Assembly: GCA_963770235.1 (NCBI GenBank)
Contig: CAVYOW010000003.1
Span: 4,706-68,705 of the forward strand
DNA: 64,000 bases
From: an uncultured Acidobacteriaceae bacterium
Lineage (GTDB): Bacteria > Acidobacteriota > Terriglobia > Terriglobales > Acidobacteriaceae
Direction of reading: 5' to 3'
Below the pieces are notes generated by a model. It saw only the letters and a list, made by a program, of their open reading frames with translations, was not told the DNA's origin and did not search any database. Shown in pieces: positions 49,299-58,697 of the stretch. Each line of letters begins with the position of its first letter. Position 1 is the first letter of the stretch. Made by a program: the position numbers and the translations under genes.

Positions 49299-49997
49299 AT
49301 GCAACTGCGCCTGGAGAGCCGGCCGGTCGGCGATGTCTTGATCGTTCAATGCCACGGACGCATTGTGGCCGGCAACGAAGTATTTACGTTGCACTCCCAC
49401 GTGGGAGACTCCATCGAGAAGCACGACGTTGTGCTGCAGCTCGACCATGTTGAGTTCGTCGACAGCAGCGGGTTGGGAGCCCTGGTGCGCCTGATGCAAG
49501 CCGCGCGTTCGAAGGGAAGAGACCTCAAACTCACCGGACTGCCGCCCAATGTTCGCAAAATGCTGCAGTTGACCAGTCTGCTCTCGCAATTTGAAACCTA
49601 CGATTCGGTCGAAGAAGCTATAACCGCGGCCTACCTGGGCTCGCGCTATTCGCGAGGGATAGCCGGCGACGCCAGGCCACGCTTACTTTGCGTTTTCGAG
49701 TCCACCGATGTATGCACGTTCCTCCGGGAAGTGCTGTGCAGCGCCGGATACAACGCCATGACTACTCTGAGCATCAACGACGCCCGAATCCTGCTCAAGG
49801 CGACCAAGGCGAAACTGGTGGTAATCTCTTCGAAAATGCAAACCATCCATGGCAAACCCACGAGCAAGGCGTTAGAAGAGATCGATCCCACCGTCTCAGT
49901 CCTCATTTTGGACGAAAACTTTGCCACCCAGGATCCCGGCGAGGCGGCGGAAAAGCTCCTGAGCAGCGTGGGCAGCCGATTGGCCGCTCCGATTTAA
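49299..49997 (+). CDS. STAS-domain (anti-sigma-antagonist-like) protein fused to a pseudo-receiver domain
   Basis: STAS: VLQLDHVEFVDSSGLGALV. The REC-like C-terminal half lacks the acidic pocket and acceptor Asp (CVFEST, VVISSKM). Confidence 0.75.
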   Translation: MQLRLESRPVGDVLIVQCHGRIVAGNEVFTLHSHVGDSIEKHDVVLQLDHVEFVDSSGLGALVRLMQAARSKGRDLKLTGLPPNVRKMLQLTSLLSQFETYDSVEEAITAAYLGSRYSRGIAGDARPRLLCVFESTDVCTFLREVLCSAGYNAMTTLSINDARILLKATKAKLVVISSKMQTIHGKPTSKALEEIDPTVSVLILDENFATQDPGEAAEKLLSSVGSRLAAPI

Positions 49998-50149
49998 TTA
50001 CTGGCTCTGCCCGCCTTCGATCGCTTCCCGAAACTATGCCCGACCTTGGTGCCACTCTGATGGCACGTTCTGGCGTTGTCCCAACGCGTACGATTGGTTA
50101 CCCTGAGTTACCGTTGAAACCGTACTGCTCCCCCCAAAAGTAACCTTGA

Positions 50150-52190
50150 ATGGGTGTCGTCGAAAAAATCCCGACATTTTTGACTGTTGGTGTGCTGGTC
50201 ATTATTTTTGTGTGCCTGAAGCGTCAGGCGCGTAGCGCCCGCCTTACGCTTTGGACCATAGGATGGGCGCTGGTGTTCGCGCATTTTCTGGCGCAATTGC
50301 TCGAACCGGATCACGGCCCGGTCAGCTCCCTTCTGTTGGCCGTTGATTCGGGGTCGCTGCAAGCGGCTGCGGTCAGTTTTCTCGTCTCTGTCTCCTTCGT
50401 CGTCGAAGACTACGCCAAGCGGACTCTCTTGCTGCTGGTTCTAGGTGTGCCTTCGGTCGCCTACGTGGCATGCACCTGCTATGACGTTCGCGCCCGCTGG
50501 CCTTATGTCTTGTGCCTGCTGGCCTGCTTCGGCGGAGCCGCATGCTTCTTCTTTCGTTTAAGCCGCAAATTGTCGTTGTACCTGACGGCCACAACTTTTC
50601 TGTGCTCGCTCGCCGGAGCCTGGGCGATTCGTGCCGCTGTTCGCGGTTCCTTTGACGAAGGCGCGATCGCGCTCCTTGGAACCGGGTTTGCTTTGACGGG
50701 CGTGTTCATTTGCCGGAACTACCGGCGGGCGTCGCCTGCCATGCTGACCATCGCCGGTGGATTCTTCTGCTGGGGAGCAGTGTTTCCTCTCGGCCTGCTG
50801 GTCGATCGCATCGCTCCCAACCTGATTCTTCCCGGCGATCTCTGGAACACTCCCAAGTTTTTCGTTGCTTTTGGAATGATTCTGGCCGTTGTGGAAGACA
50901 AGTCGGAATCGATCGCCGGCATGCAACACAAGGCAGCCGTGCTGAACCGCCAGTTGGAACGCTTCTCGGCACTCACTTCCCGGCTGCTGGGTGGCGGCCC
51001 AGATACCATTTGCCCCGCCATCGCTTCGGCAATCACCGAAGTCAGTAACTTCAGCGTGGCCGTAATCCAACTCGAAGATGCCGAGCGCAGGTTGCGAGTG
51101 GCCGGCTCCAGCGGACTCTCGTCAACCGTCGCTGCAGAGACTGCAGGCTCAAACCCAGGACTGGACTCTCGACCACATTAAAACTCTGTGTTCCGAGGCC
51201 CGGCTCATGGGGAAGAATTCCTACCTGCTGCCTCCGCAGGAAGCAATTCCTTTTCCGGATCGCACGAAACCTAACGTGAAACCGGATGCGAACTGGCGGA
51301 GCCGCGAAGAACTATTGATTCCGCTCTGCTCAGCCGGAGGTGCATACCTCGGGTGCATCCGATTAGCCGCGCCCCGCGACCCGAATGCCATCGATGCTCT
51401 CGAATTGTCCCGCATCGAAATGCTCGCAGCCGACCTTGCCGTAGCCGTCGAGCTGAAGGCCTTGCACACTCAGCTGGTCTGGTCGGAAAAGCTGGCTGCC
51501 CTGGGCCAACTGTTGGCCGGAGTGGCGCATGAACTCAACAATCCTCTGACCGTGATCATGGGATACAGCGAACTCATAAGCGATGCCATCGCCGGCTCGC
51601 ATACTCGGGATCACCTCACCAAACTGGTAAGCGAAGCCCGCCGCATGAAACGGATTACTGACAACCTGCTTCGTTTTTCGCGGCAAAGTACGCGCGACAC
51701 CCACGCCGTACAGCTCTCGCCCGTGGTCCAGGAGGTCTTGGCTCTTCGCGAATACTACACCCGTACCCGCAGCGTTCGAGTTGAACTCGACATCGCGCCA
51801 GATTTCCCCCTTCTGGCCGTCAATGAGGATGAAATCAAACAGATTCTGCTGAACCTGTTCAACAATTCCAGCGATGCCCTGGAGGGCATGGCCGGCGCCA
51901 AGCAGATAAGCATTCGCGCCTACCAGTGCGGCTCCCGCGCGGTCATCGAGGTTCAAGATACCGGTCCGGGCTTTGGCAATCTGAGCCGCGCGCTTGACCC
52001 GTTCTACACGACGAAACCCGTAGGCAAGGGAACAGGGTTGGGTTTGAGCGTCTGCTACGGGATCGTCAAGGAACGCGGCGGGGATCTCAGAATAGCGAAC
52101 GTGGAGCCCCACGGAGCGCGCGTAACCATAGAGTTACCGGTCGCGGACCCATCGGCGCAACCGCTTCTGGTGGCCGTGGCCCACGCCTGA
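50150..52190 (+). CDS. polytopic-membrane sensor histidine kinase, one frameshift near 51120 as sequenced
   Basis: About 7 TM helices in ORF 50150-51181. A GAF-like linker, H-box HELNNPL, N-box LFNNSSDAL, DTGPGF and GKGTGLGLS are in ORF 51078-52190. Confidence 0.85.
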
Positions 52191-52388
52191 GCCCCAGCTC
52201 GACGCGGGCCTCGTCGTGGACTTCCGGTTCTGCCTGGTCACCTATGGCCTGATCCGCACCGCCAGGAGTAGGAAGTAGGGCACTGCCGGCTCCTTTCGGA
52301 TGCCGAGAAGGCCTTTCGACTGCCGACGCTACGTTACTTTGGGAACCTCTAACAAACGCCTCCGTCACGTTAGGATATCCCCTGAAGT

Positions 52389-53879
52389 ATGAACAAAATC
52401 GCAGTCCTGTACGATGCCGGCCAGGCGGTGCTCTCCACCTTCGATCTGGACGAGGTGCTGCAGCGCATCCTGGCGATCGCGCACGACTATTTTCATTTGC
52501 GGAATGTGGCGATTGTGCTGCTCGACAGGCAGTCGCAGGAGTTGTACGTCCGCTCGCAGATTGGATGGGACGAGGGCCAGGACAAGGTTCGGATCCCTCT
52601 GGGCCAGGGAATATCGGGAGCGGCGGCACTCAAGAAGCAACCCGTCTATGCCCCCGACGTGAGCAAAGACCCGCGCTACTTGTGCTCCGCCAAGTCCACT
52701 CGTTCCGAGGTCGCCATCCCTTTGATGGTGCGGGACGAAGTGGTGGGCGTGCTCGACTGTCAGAGCGACCGCGTAGGCCATTTCGACACAGAGACTATCG
52801 ATCTGCTGACGCTTTTCTCCACCCAAGCGTCGATCGCCCTCCAGAACGCGCGGCTGTACTCTCTGGAGGAACAACGGACGCGGCAACTGCAAGCCATCAA
52901 TGCCATCGCCCAGCAAACCACGGCGGTTCTGGACCTGGAACAGCTGCTGGCGAGAGTTTGTGAGCTGATTCAGGGAGCGTTCCGGGTTTCGCACGTCTCG
53001 CTCTTCCTGCGGGAGGACCACGACCTGGTGCTGCGGGCCCATCACGGAACGCTCACACCCAGCGTTCCGGAAGGCGGCCGCTTCCCGGCCAGCGCTGAAC
53101 CCTGGGCCAGCATCCTGGCCAGCAGCACTACGGCAATGGAAGCTGATCTTTGCCGCGCTCCCGGCAACACGAAGTTCTTCGCGGAGTCGGCCTCGCGCAT
53201 GTGCATTCCGCTGGTCTCGTTCGGACAGACGCTGGGAGTTCTCGCGCTGGACAGCGCGCAGCCGGATGCGTTCCGCGACGGCGACCTGCAGTCGCTGGAG
53301 TCGGTCGCCGACATCTGCGCCACCGCCATCCAGAACGCCCATTATGTTGAGCGCGTAAAACAGCTTGCCTACCTTGACGGTTTGACTGGTATTTTCAACC
53401 GGCGCTTTTTCGAGATGCGCATCATGGAAGAGATTGAACGCGCCCGGCGCTACGGCACGGGGATGGCTGTCATCATGGCCGACATCGATCAGTTCAAGCG
53501 GCTGAATGACGAGTTCGGACACGTGCTGGGCGATGAGGTGCTGCGCCAGGTTTCATCGCTGTTTCACCAGCAATTGCGGAAAATTGACGTGGTATGCCGC
53601 TACGGAGGCGAGGAGTTTGGGATTCTGCTGACTCAAACCAACGCCAAGCAGGCTATGAAGATCGCAGAGAAACTGCGGAAGATGGTGGAAGGCTGGCTGT
53701 TCCCGGGTGTGCCGCGGACTGTCACCATCAGCGCTGGAGCCGCCGCTTTCCCCGAGCAGGGCACCACCCGCGACGAGTTGGTGAGAGCCGCAGATTCCGG
53801 CCTGTACGCCGCCAAGCAGGCGGGACGGAACAAAGTCTGCTTGGGCACGTTAGCACGCGGCCACTCGGCAGGCTCTTAA
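52389..53879 (+). CDS. GAF-GAF-GGDEF diguanylate cyclase
   Basis: Two GAF domains. Active site RYGGEEFGILL with an RKID I-site motif 5 residues upstream. Intact. Confidence 0.9.
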   Translation: MNKIAVLYDAGQAVLSTFDLDEVLQRILAIAHDYFHLRNVAIVLLDRQSQELYVRSQIGWDEGQDKVRIPLGQGISGAAALKKQPVYAPDVSKDPRYLCSAKSTRSEVAIPLMVRDEVVGVLDCQSDRVGHFDTETIDLLTLFSTQASIALQNARLYSLEEQRTRQLQAINAIAQQTTAVLDLEQLLARVCELIQGAFRVSHVSLFLREDHDLVLRAHHGTLTPSVPEGGRFPASAEPWASILASSTTAMEADLCRAPGNTKFFAESASRMCIPLVSFGQTLGVLALDSAQPDAFRDGDLQSLESVADICATAIQNAHYVERVKQLAYLDGLTGIFNRRFFEMRIMEEIERARRYGTGMAVIMADIDQFKRLNDEFGHVLGDEVLRQVSSLFHQQLRKIDVVCRYGGEEFGILLTQTNAKQAMKIAEKLRKMVEGWLFPGVPRTVTISAGAAAFPEQGTTRDELVRAADSGLYAAKQAGRNKVCLGTLARGHSAGS

Positions 53880-53881
53880 AT

Positions 53882-53968
53882 CAGTGGCCAGTGATCAGGG
53901 ATCAGTGGCCAGTAAATCACTACAGAATTCATCCTTGCTGGCCACTCGGCACTGATCACTGGCCACTT
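53882..53968. repeat. long inverted repeat built from CAGTGRYCAG words (probable bidirectional terminator or structured element)
   Basis: CAGTGGCCAGTGATCAG (53882-53898) is complementary to CTGATCACTGGCCACT (53952-53967). A second direct copy TCAGTGGCCAGT lies inside. It sits between convergent genes. Confidence 0.7.
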
Positions 53969-53972
53969 TCTT

Positions 53973-55133
53973 CTAGATGTCGAGTGAGTCAGCAGCCATC
54001 TGGCGACGAAGCTGTTCCATCTCTTGCTGCAGCTTCTCGCGGCTCTTCTGCAGTTCTTCCCGAACCTTGGGCCGGAGTTCCTGCCTTAGCTTCTGTGACT
54101 GCTCCCTCAGCTGTTTCTGCTGATCGCACAAAGCCTTGCGCATTTCCGTCGAGGCCTTTCGGGTCTCTTCTCTTGCCAGCTCAATCTGCGGCCGGAGTCT
54201 GGCGATCTCGTTCCGTACTTCACCCAACTCGATCTGCGTTTCTGCATTCAGTTCGGGTGCTTCCAGGCTTTCCTCAATCATCTCGCCGGAATCCTTGCGT
54301 TCGGGCAAGGTGAGGGTCAGAGTCTGTTCCTTCTTGTCGCGGATCACTGCCACGGTAACCGATCCGGCGCTGTGGGAACGCAAGGCGTGGCCGAAGTCGC
54401 TGGTGTCATGAACCTGCTGCTCACCGACGCGAGTGATGACATCGCCGGCACGCAGGCCGGCCTTATCGGCGCGGCTGCCCTTTTCCACCGACCGGACCAG
54501 GACTCCGTTTCCGTTCTTGGCGCCAAAAAACTCGCCCAGTTGCGGCGTCAGGTTCTCCACCATCAAGCCACTGCGCAACGACGAATGCACGACCACGACT
54601 CCAATGTTCGGAACATCGAAGTCCGGCATGTTGGGCATCTGCGGCATCTCGAAGTGGAATTCCTTGTCCTTCCCGTTGTCTTTCGTAGCCAGGTGGGGAA
54701 ACTCTGTGCGGAGGCGGTCGGCCAGTTGGACCTTGATGGCCAGGGGCTGCCCGTCGCGGCTCAGTTCAAACGCAACCACGCGTCCCGGCGGAGTTTCGTG
54801 GATCATCCGCTGCAGTTGTGTCTTACTCTCGATAGCCGTTCCGTTCATGGTCAGGATGACGTCGTGTTCCTTGATGCCGGCTTTGCCGGCGGGCGCATCC
54901 TGATCGACCATCGTCACTTCGACGCCTTGTTCTTCCTTCAGTTTCAGAGCGCCAAGCCGGTCAGCGGTAATATCCACAATGTCCACGCCCAGATACGCGC
55001 TCGTCCCCGCATCTTCGCTGGGAATACCGAAGGGTTGCGAGGGGTCACCCGTCCATTTTTGTGCGGCGTGCGACAGATTGAGCAGCAAAGGCAGCAAAGC
55101 GATAATCGTCACAATTTGTTTGCGCATGGCCAA
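53973..55133 (-). CDS. secreted tandem-PDZ protein with a C-terminal coiled coil (no protease domain)
   Basis: Signal peptide, two PDZ domains (GVEVTMVDQDAPAGKAGIKEHDVIL; GVLVRSVEKGSRADKAGLRAGDVI) and a ~110-aa Glu/Arg/Gln-rich helical tail. Confidence 0.8.
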   Translation of the reverse strand: MAMRKQIVTIIALLPLLLNLSHAAQKWTGDPSQPFGIPSEDAGTSAYLGVDIVDITADRLGALKLKEEQGVEVTMVDQDAPAGKAGIKEHDVILTMNGTAIESKTQLQRMIHETPPGRVVAFELSRDGQPLAIKVQLADRLRTEFPHLATKDNGKDKEFHFEMPQMPNMPDFDVPNIGVVVVHSSLRSGLMVENLTPQLGEFFGAKNGNGVLVRSVEKGSRADKAGLRAGDVITRVGEQQVHDTSDFGHALRSHSAGSVTVAVIRDKKEQTLTLTLPERKDSGEMIEESLEAPELNAETQIELGEVRNEIARLRPQIELAREETRKASTEMRKALCDQQKQLREQSQKLRQELRPKVREELQKSREKLQQEMEQLRRQMAADSLDI

Positions 55134-55214
55134 CCTCCTGAAATGCTCGTCATACAGAGCCTGCCTGACCTGAGAGAGCGCAAGCGAACGAAGGGCGCGT
55201 TTTGGCTCGCTTCC

Positions 55215-56414
55215 TTACTGATTCGCCCGCCTGAAGCAGATATCGCCGGTCGTGGTTCGAACCTTCAGGACGGGACCGCCCCCGTTCAATTTGCCTTCCG
55301 CAGTGAGCGTCCTCGGACCCCACTTGTCGCCTTCACTGGCGACGTGAATGTCGGGGAAGTCGGAAGTGATGTGGTGCCCATTGCCCAGGTCCACGCTGGC
55401 GCGCACGTTGATCGCAACATCCGCCGCGATATAAACGGTAATGTCTCCTGCAGAGGTCTCGAGCGTGGAATCGCTGGGCGGAGCCCCGGTCTTTACGAAC
55501 TTCACGACGATGCCACCGGCTCCAGTCTCAACCCGTGCCGAGGGAACCCCGTAGAGTTCGATGCCACCGCCACCAGTGTGGGCCTCGACGTGACCTTTGG
55601 CGGACGCAAGGTGGATGCTGCCCCCGCCGGTCTCAATGTCAGCCGCCCCGGCAATGTCTCCCAGGTCGATGCTGCCGCCGCCGGTTTCCGCCTTCACTTT
55701 GCCGGTGCACTGGCGAACCTCAATTCCTCCGCCCCCAGTCTCAATGCTGGCGCCCTGCGTAGCCGAAATAATCTCGATGCTGCCGCCCCCGGTCTCCGCG
55801 GTGATTTTCCCATTGGCGTGATGCACCTCAATCGAGCCGCCGCCGGTATGTAGGCCAATATCGCCGGTGATGGTCCCCACATCGATGGATCCGCCACCGG
55901 TTTCTGCGCTGGCGCCTCCGCCGATATCATCCAGGTGCATACTGCCGCCGCCGCTTTCCGCCTCCACGCGGCCAGCAACTCCAGTGGTATCGATGTTGCC
56001 GCCTTCGGTTTCGATCTTCACCAGGCTGATCTCGCGCGGGACATGGATGGCAAATTCGCCTGAGAACTTGCGCGGCCGCCCGCCCTCCCACTCGCCCATG
56101 ATCCACGCCGTGTCTCCCCGCACGTAGGCATTGACCTTGTAAGACTCGAACTGGTGCCGCGCGTCTTGTTCTGACGAAGTATAAGAACGAGTATGAACGA
56201 CGTAACGGATGCCCTGCTCCGACCCGCCTTTGACGATCACTGAACCCACATCTACTTTGACCCGCAAGGTTTTTACCGCGGCCAGCGAACCGTTGACTTC
56301 CTGACTCCAGACTCCGCCTCCATCACGGGAAATGTGTGCTTCCTGCGCCCCTGCCAATGGCGCAAACAGAGCCAGCATGCAAAGCAAGCCGGCGAATTGT
56401 GGCGAACGCTTCAA
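55215..56414 (-). CDS. DUF4097-type beta-helix repeat protein (putative adhesin)
   Basis: Signal peptide, then about 9 repeats of (E)TGGGSI(E/D)... with an 18-aa period. Confidence 0.8.
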   Translation of the reverse strand: MKRSPQFAGLLCMLALFAPLAGAQEAHISRDGGGVWSQEVNGSLAAVKTLRVKVDVGSVIVKGGSEQGIRYVVHTRSYTSSEQDARHQFESYKVNAYVRGDTAWIMGEWEGGRPRKFSGEFAIHVPREISLVKIETEGGNIDTTGVAGRVEAESGGGSMHLDDIGGGASAETGGGSIDVGTITGDIGLHTGGGSIEVHHANGKITAETGGGSIEIISATQGASIETGGGGIEVRQCTGKVKAETGGGSIDLGDIAGAADIETGGGSIHLASAKGHVEAHTGGGGIELYGVPSARVETGAGGIVVKFVKTGAPPSDSTLETSAGDITVYIAADVAINVRASVDLGNGHHITSDFPDIHVASEGDKWGPRTLTAEGKLNGGGPVLKVRTTTGDICFRRANQ

Positions 56415-56507
56415 AATGACCCACCTCAGTTTCTGTATCTCGCTGTTGTCAGCGGTATTCCACTAAATTTCCACCTCGATCAATCAATCTGGTGCAATCA
56501 ATCTGGC

Positions 56508-57440
56508 TCAATCAATTTCCGGCAACTGCGCCAGCATGGTGCGGGCCTGCGACTTGATGTATTGGCTTTGATCCTTGGCTGACAGCGTCATTAAGACGCC
56601 GCGCACGCTGCCGTCGGCTTTGACCGGCTCAATCAGCCGCATCGCCTCGGTGCGCACTCCGGGGTTCGAATCATTCACCAAAGCTTCCAGCACCGCGTCG
56701 CGGACGCGCACATCATCCTTCACAAAGCCGCCCAGACCATCCAGAGCCTTCAGCCGGACTCCGGGATTCGTGTCGTAGCGTAGAGCGTAAATCAGCGCAT
56801 CGCGCACTTGCGAAACATCGGGCTTCTGGGTCAGCAGATCCACGGAATCCATGCGCACGCCCGAATTGTAGTTATTCCGGGCGGCAAACAGCAGCAGTTG
56901 CTGGATGCGCTGGTCATTCATTGATCCCTGCGTCTCCAGCGTGGAAACCGTGTCGTACTTGATGTCGATCTTATTGGTGCCGGGCTCCTGGGTGATGGAA
57001 CGGATGCCCGTGATTGAAGCTTCGGCGGGAGGGGGAGTCGTGCCGGTGATCGGACCCTGAGGCTGATGACCGAATACCCTGTAGGAAGTTCCCACTCCAC
57101 CGGCGAAACCTAGAATCAGAATCACAGACGCGAGAGCGGGCGAGAAGCTCACCTGCCGCAGCCAGTTCGCCGGATCGAATGCGAGACGATGCCAGAAGCG
57201 GCCCTGCTCGGCCGTCTCCAGGGCCTCCTGCAGCCGCATGCGCGATGCCGTCAGCAGGTTGGGCGAAGGCTCCGCAGCCCGGTCCTGCGACAGTACAGCG
57301 TGGAACGCCTGCTCCGCCTTCAGTTCGGCAGCGCAGTCGGCGCAGCGCGCCACATGCTGCTCCAGTTCATGACGAGCATCATCCGCCAACTCGCCATAAA
57401 CATGCAGCGTGATATTTTCTCGAACCCATTCGCATTTCAT
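56508..57440 (-). CDS. anti-sigma factor (zf-HC2) with one TM segment and periplasmic HEAT-like repeats
   Basis: HVARCADC zinc-finger motif at the N-terminus, a TM segment (ALASVILILGFAGG) and repeated NPGVR(L/T).A(L/M) HEAT-type units. Confidence 0.8.
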   Translation of the reverse strand: MKCEWVRENITLHVYGELADDARHELEQHVARCADCAAELKAEQAFHAVLSQDRAAEPSPNLLTASRMRLQEALETAEQGRFWHRLAFDPANWLRQVSFSPALASVILILGFAGGVGTSYRVFGHQPQGPITGTTPPPAEASITGIRSITQEPGTNKIDIKYDTVSTLETQGSMNDQRIQQLLLFAARNNYNSGVRMDSVDLLTQKPDVSQVRDALIYALRYDTNPGVRLKALDGLGGFVKDDVRVRDAVLEALVNDSNPGVRTEAMRLIEPVKADGSVRGVLMTLSAKDQSQYIKSQARTMLAQLPEID

Positions 57441-57523
57441 AGCAACCCCGTTTCAAGGTTTCTCAAGCTTCAAAGTTTCAAGGTCTTTCAAACCTTGAAA
57501 CGCTGAAAACTTTGAAACCTTCC
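57441..57523. repeat. 83-nt structured spacer built from GTTTCAAGG/CTTTGAAAC words between the sigma and anti-sigma genes
   Basis: On the mRNA strand, GUUUCAAGGU-UUGAAAG-ACCUUGAAAC is a 10-bp hairpin, extended by UUCAAA/UUUGAA. Confidence 0.7.
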
Positions 57524-58225
57524 TCATCTCATATCCGCCAACGCCCCGCGCAACTTCTGTGTGGCCCGGAAGAGCGTGTTCTTGGCGGTCTCTTCCGTCG
57601 TATGTAAAATCTCGCCCACGGTGCGCAGCTTCAAGCCGTGGTAATGCTTCAACTCAAACACCATGCGCTCCCGCGGCGTCAACTTCTCCAGAGCGCCGGA
57701 GATCCGCGCCCCCAACTGCCGCCGCATCAAATCACGCTCCGGATTCGCGCCCGCGCGCCCGTCCGGCACCTGATCGAGCAGGTCGTACTCTCCGCCGGAC
57801 GCGTCCTTCGCCACCGGTGCATCTTCCTTGCGTACATTCTTCTTGCGCAGGTGATCCAGGCAAAGATTGGTCACGATGCGGTAAATCCATGTGTAAAACG
57901 AGCACTCGAAGCGAAAGCTTCCAATGTTCTTGTAAGCCTTGAGGAAGGCATCCTGGTAGACATCCTGGGCGTCGTGCTCGGTCCCGGTGAGATGCAGCGC
58001 CAGCCGCAAGACAGCCTGATCGTAGTGGCGCACGAGTTCCTCGAAGGCGGCGCGGTTCCCGCTTTGCGCCTCGCGGATGAGGATCGTATCGTCTATGCGG
58101 CGTTCTTGCCCAGCCATGGCCCGCGTCGTGGGGTCCTGGTTCCCGCTGACCTTCTCCACTCTGTTCTTCTTCGAGTGAATCCGTGCACCAACCGCAAGTG
58201 TTACTGCCAAAACATCGGCCGGCAT
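57524..58225 (-). CDS. ECF (sigma-24/RpoE-like) RNA polymerase sigma factor
   Basis: Region 2: FEELVRHYDQAVLRLALHLTG..DAQDVYQDAFLKAY. Region 4: RERMVFELKHYHGLKLRTVGEIL. The probable start is Met 58117. Confidence 0.9.
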   Translation of the reverse strand: MPADVLAVTLAVGARIHSKKNRVEKVSGNQDPTTRAMAGQERRIDDTILIREAQSGNRAAFEELVRHYDQAVLRLALHLTGTEHDAQDVYQDAFLKAYKNIGSFRFECSFYTWIYRIVTNLCLDHLRKKNVRKEDAPVAKDASGGEYDLLDQVPDGRAGANPERDLMRRQLGARISGALEKLTPRERMVFELKHYHGLKLRTVGEILHTTEETAKNTLFRATQKLRGALADMR

Positions 58226-58697
58226 GTTTCGTCTTGTCCTCTATTGCCCGGTGTCAATGCCGTACCCGGGCTTGCACAGGAATAGACGGTCAGTCAGTGG
58301 AACCGTGAGCAGAAATTATAGGCTGCCGGAGCATTTTATGCGGCCTAGGTGATTCTTTCATAATGGTTTAGCGCGAAACAGAACAGGCGCACATGGTGGG
58401 AAAAGCAGATTTGGCAAGACAAATGCCCTGGGGATGATGCAATTCACACCCGACCTTCAGTTGCGAAGCGACGGCATTCACTAGCCCCGCACGTAAGTGC
58501 GGGGAAAGCGGACGAAGAGGGAACAGAGTCTCGCCAGGGACGGCACCCAACGAGACATCTCAACGCACCCCGCCACACTCTTGTGCAGCTCTAACGCCAT
58601 GGTGAACTCCGGCCTTCAGCGGCTCGTTAAGCTGCCTCGAGTGTATACTCCCAACCGTCGCGTCGAAATGCAGCTACAGAACAAGGAGGATTTGAAA

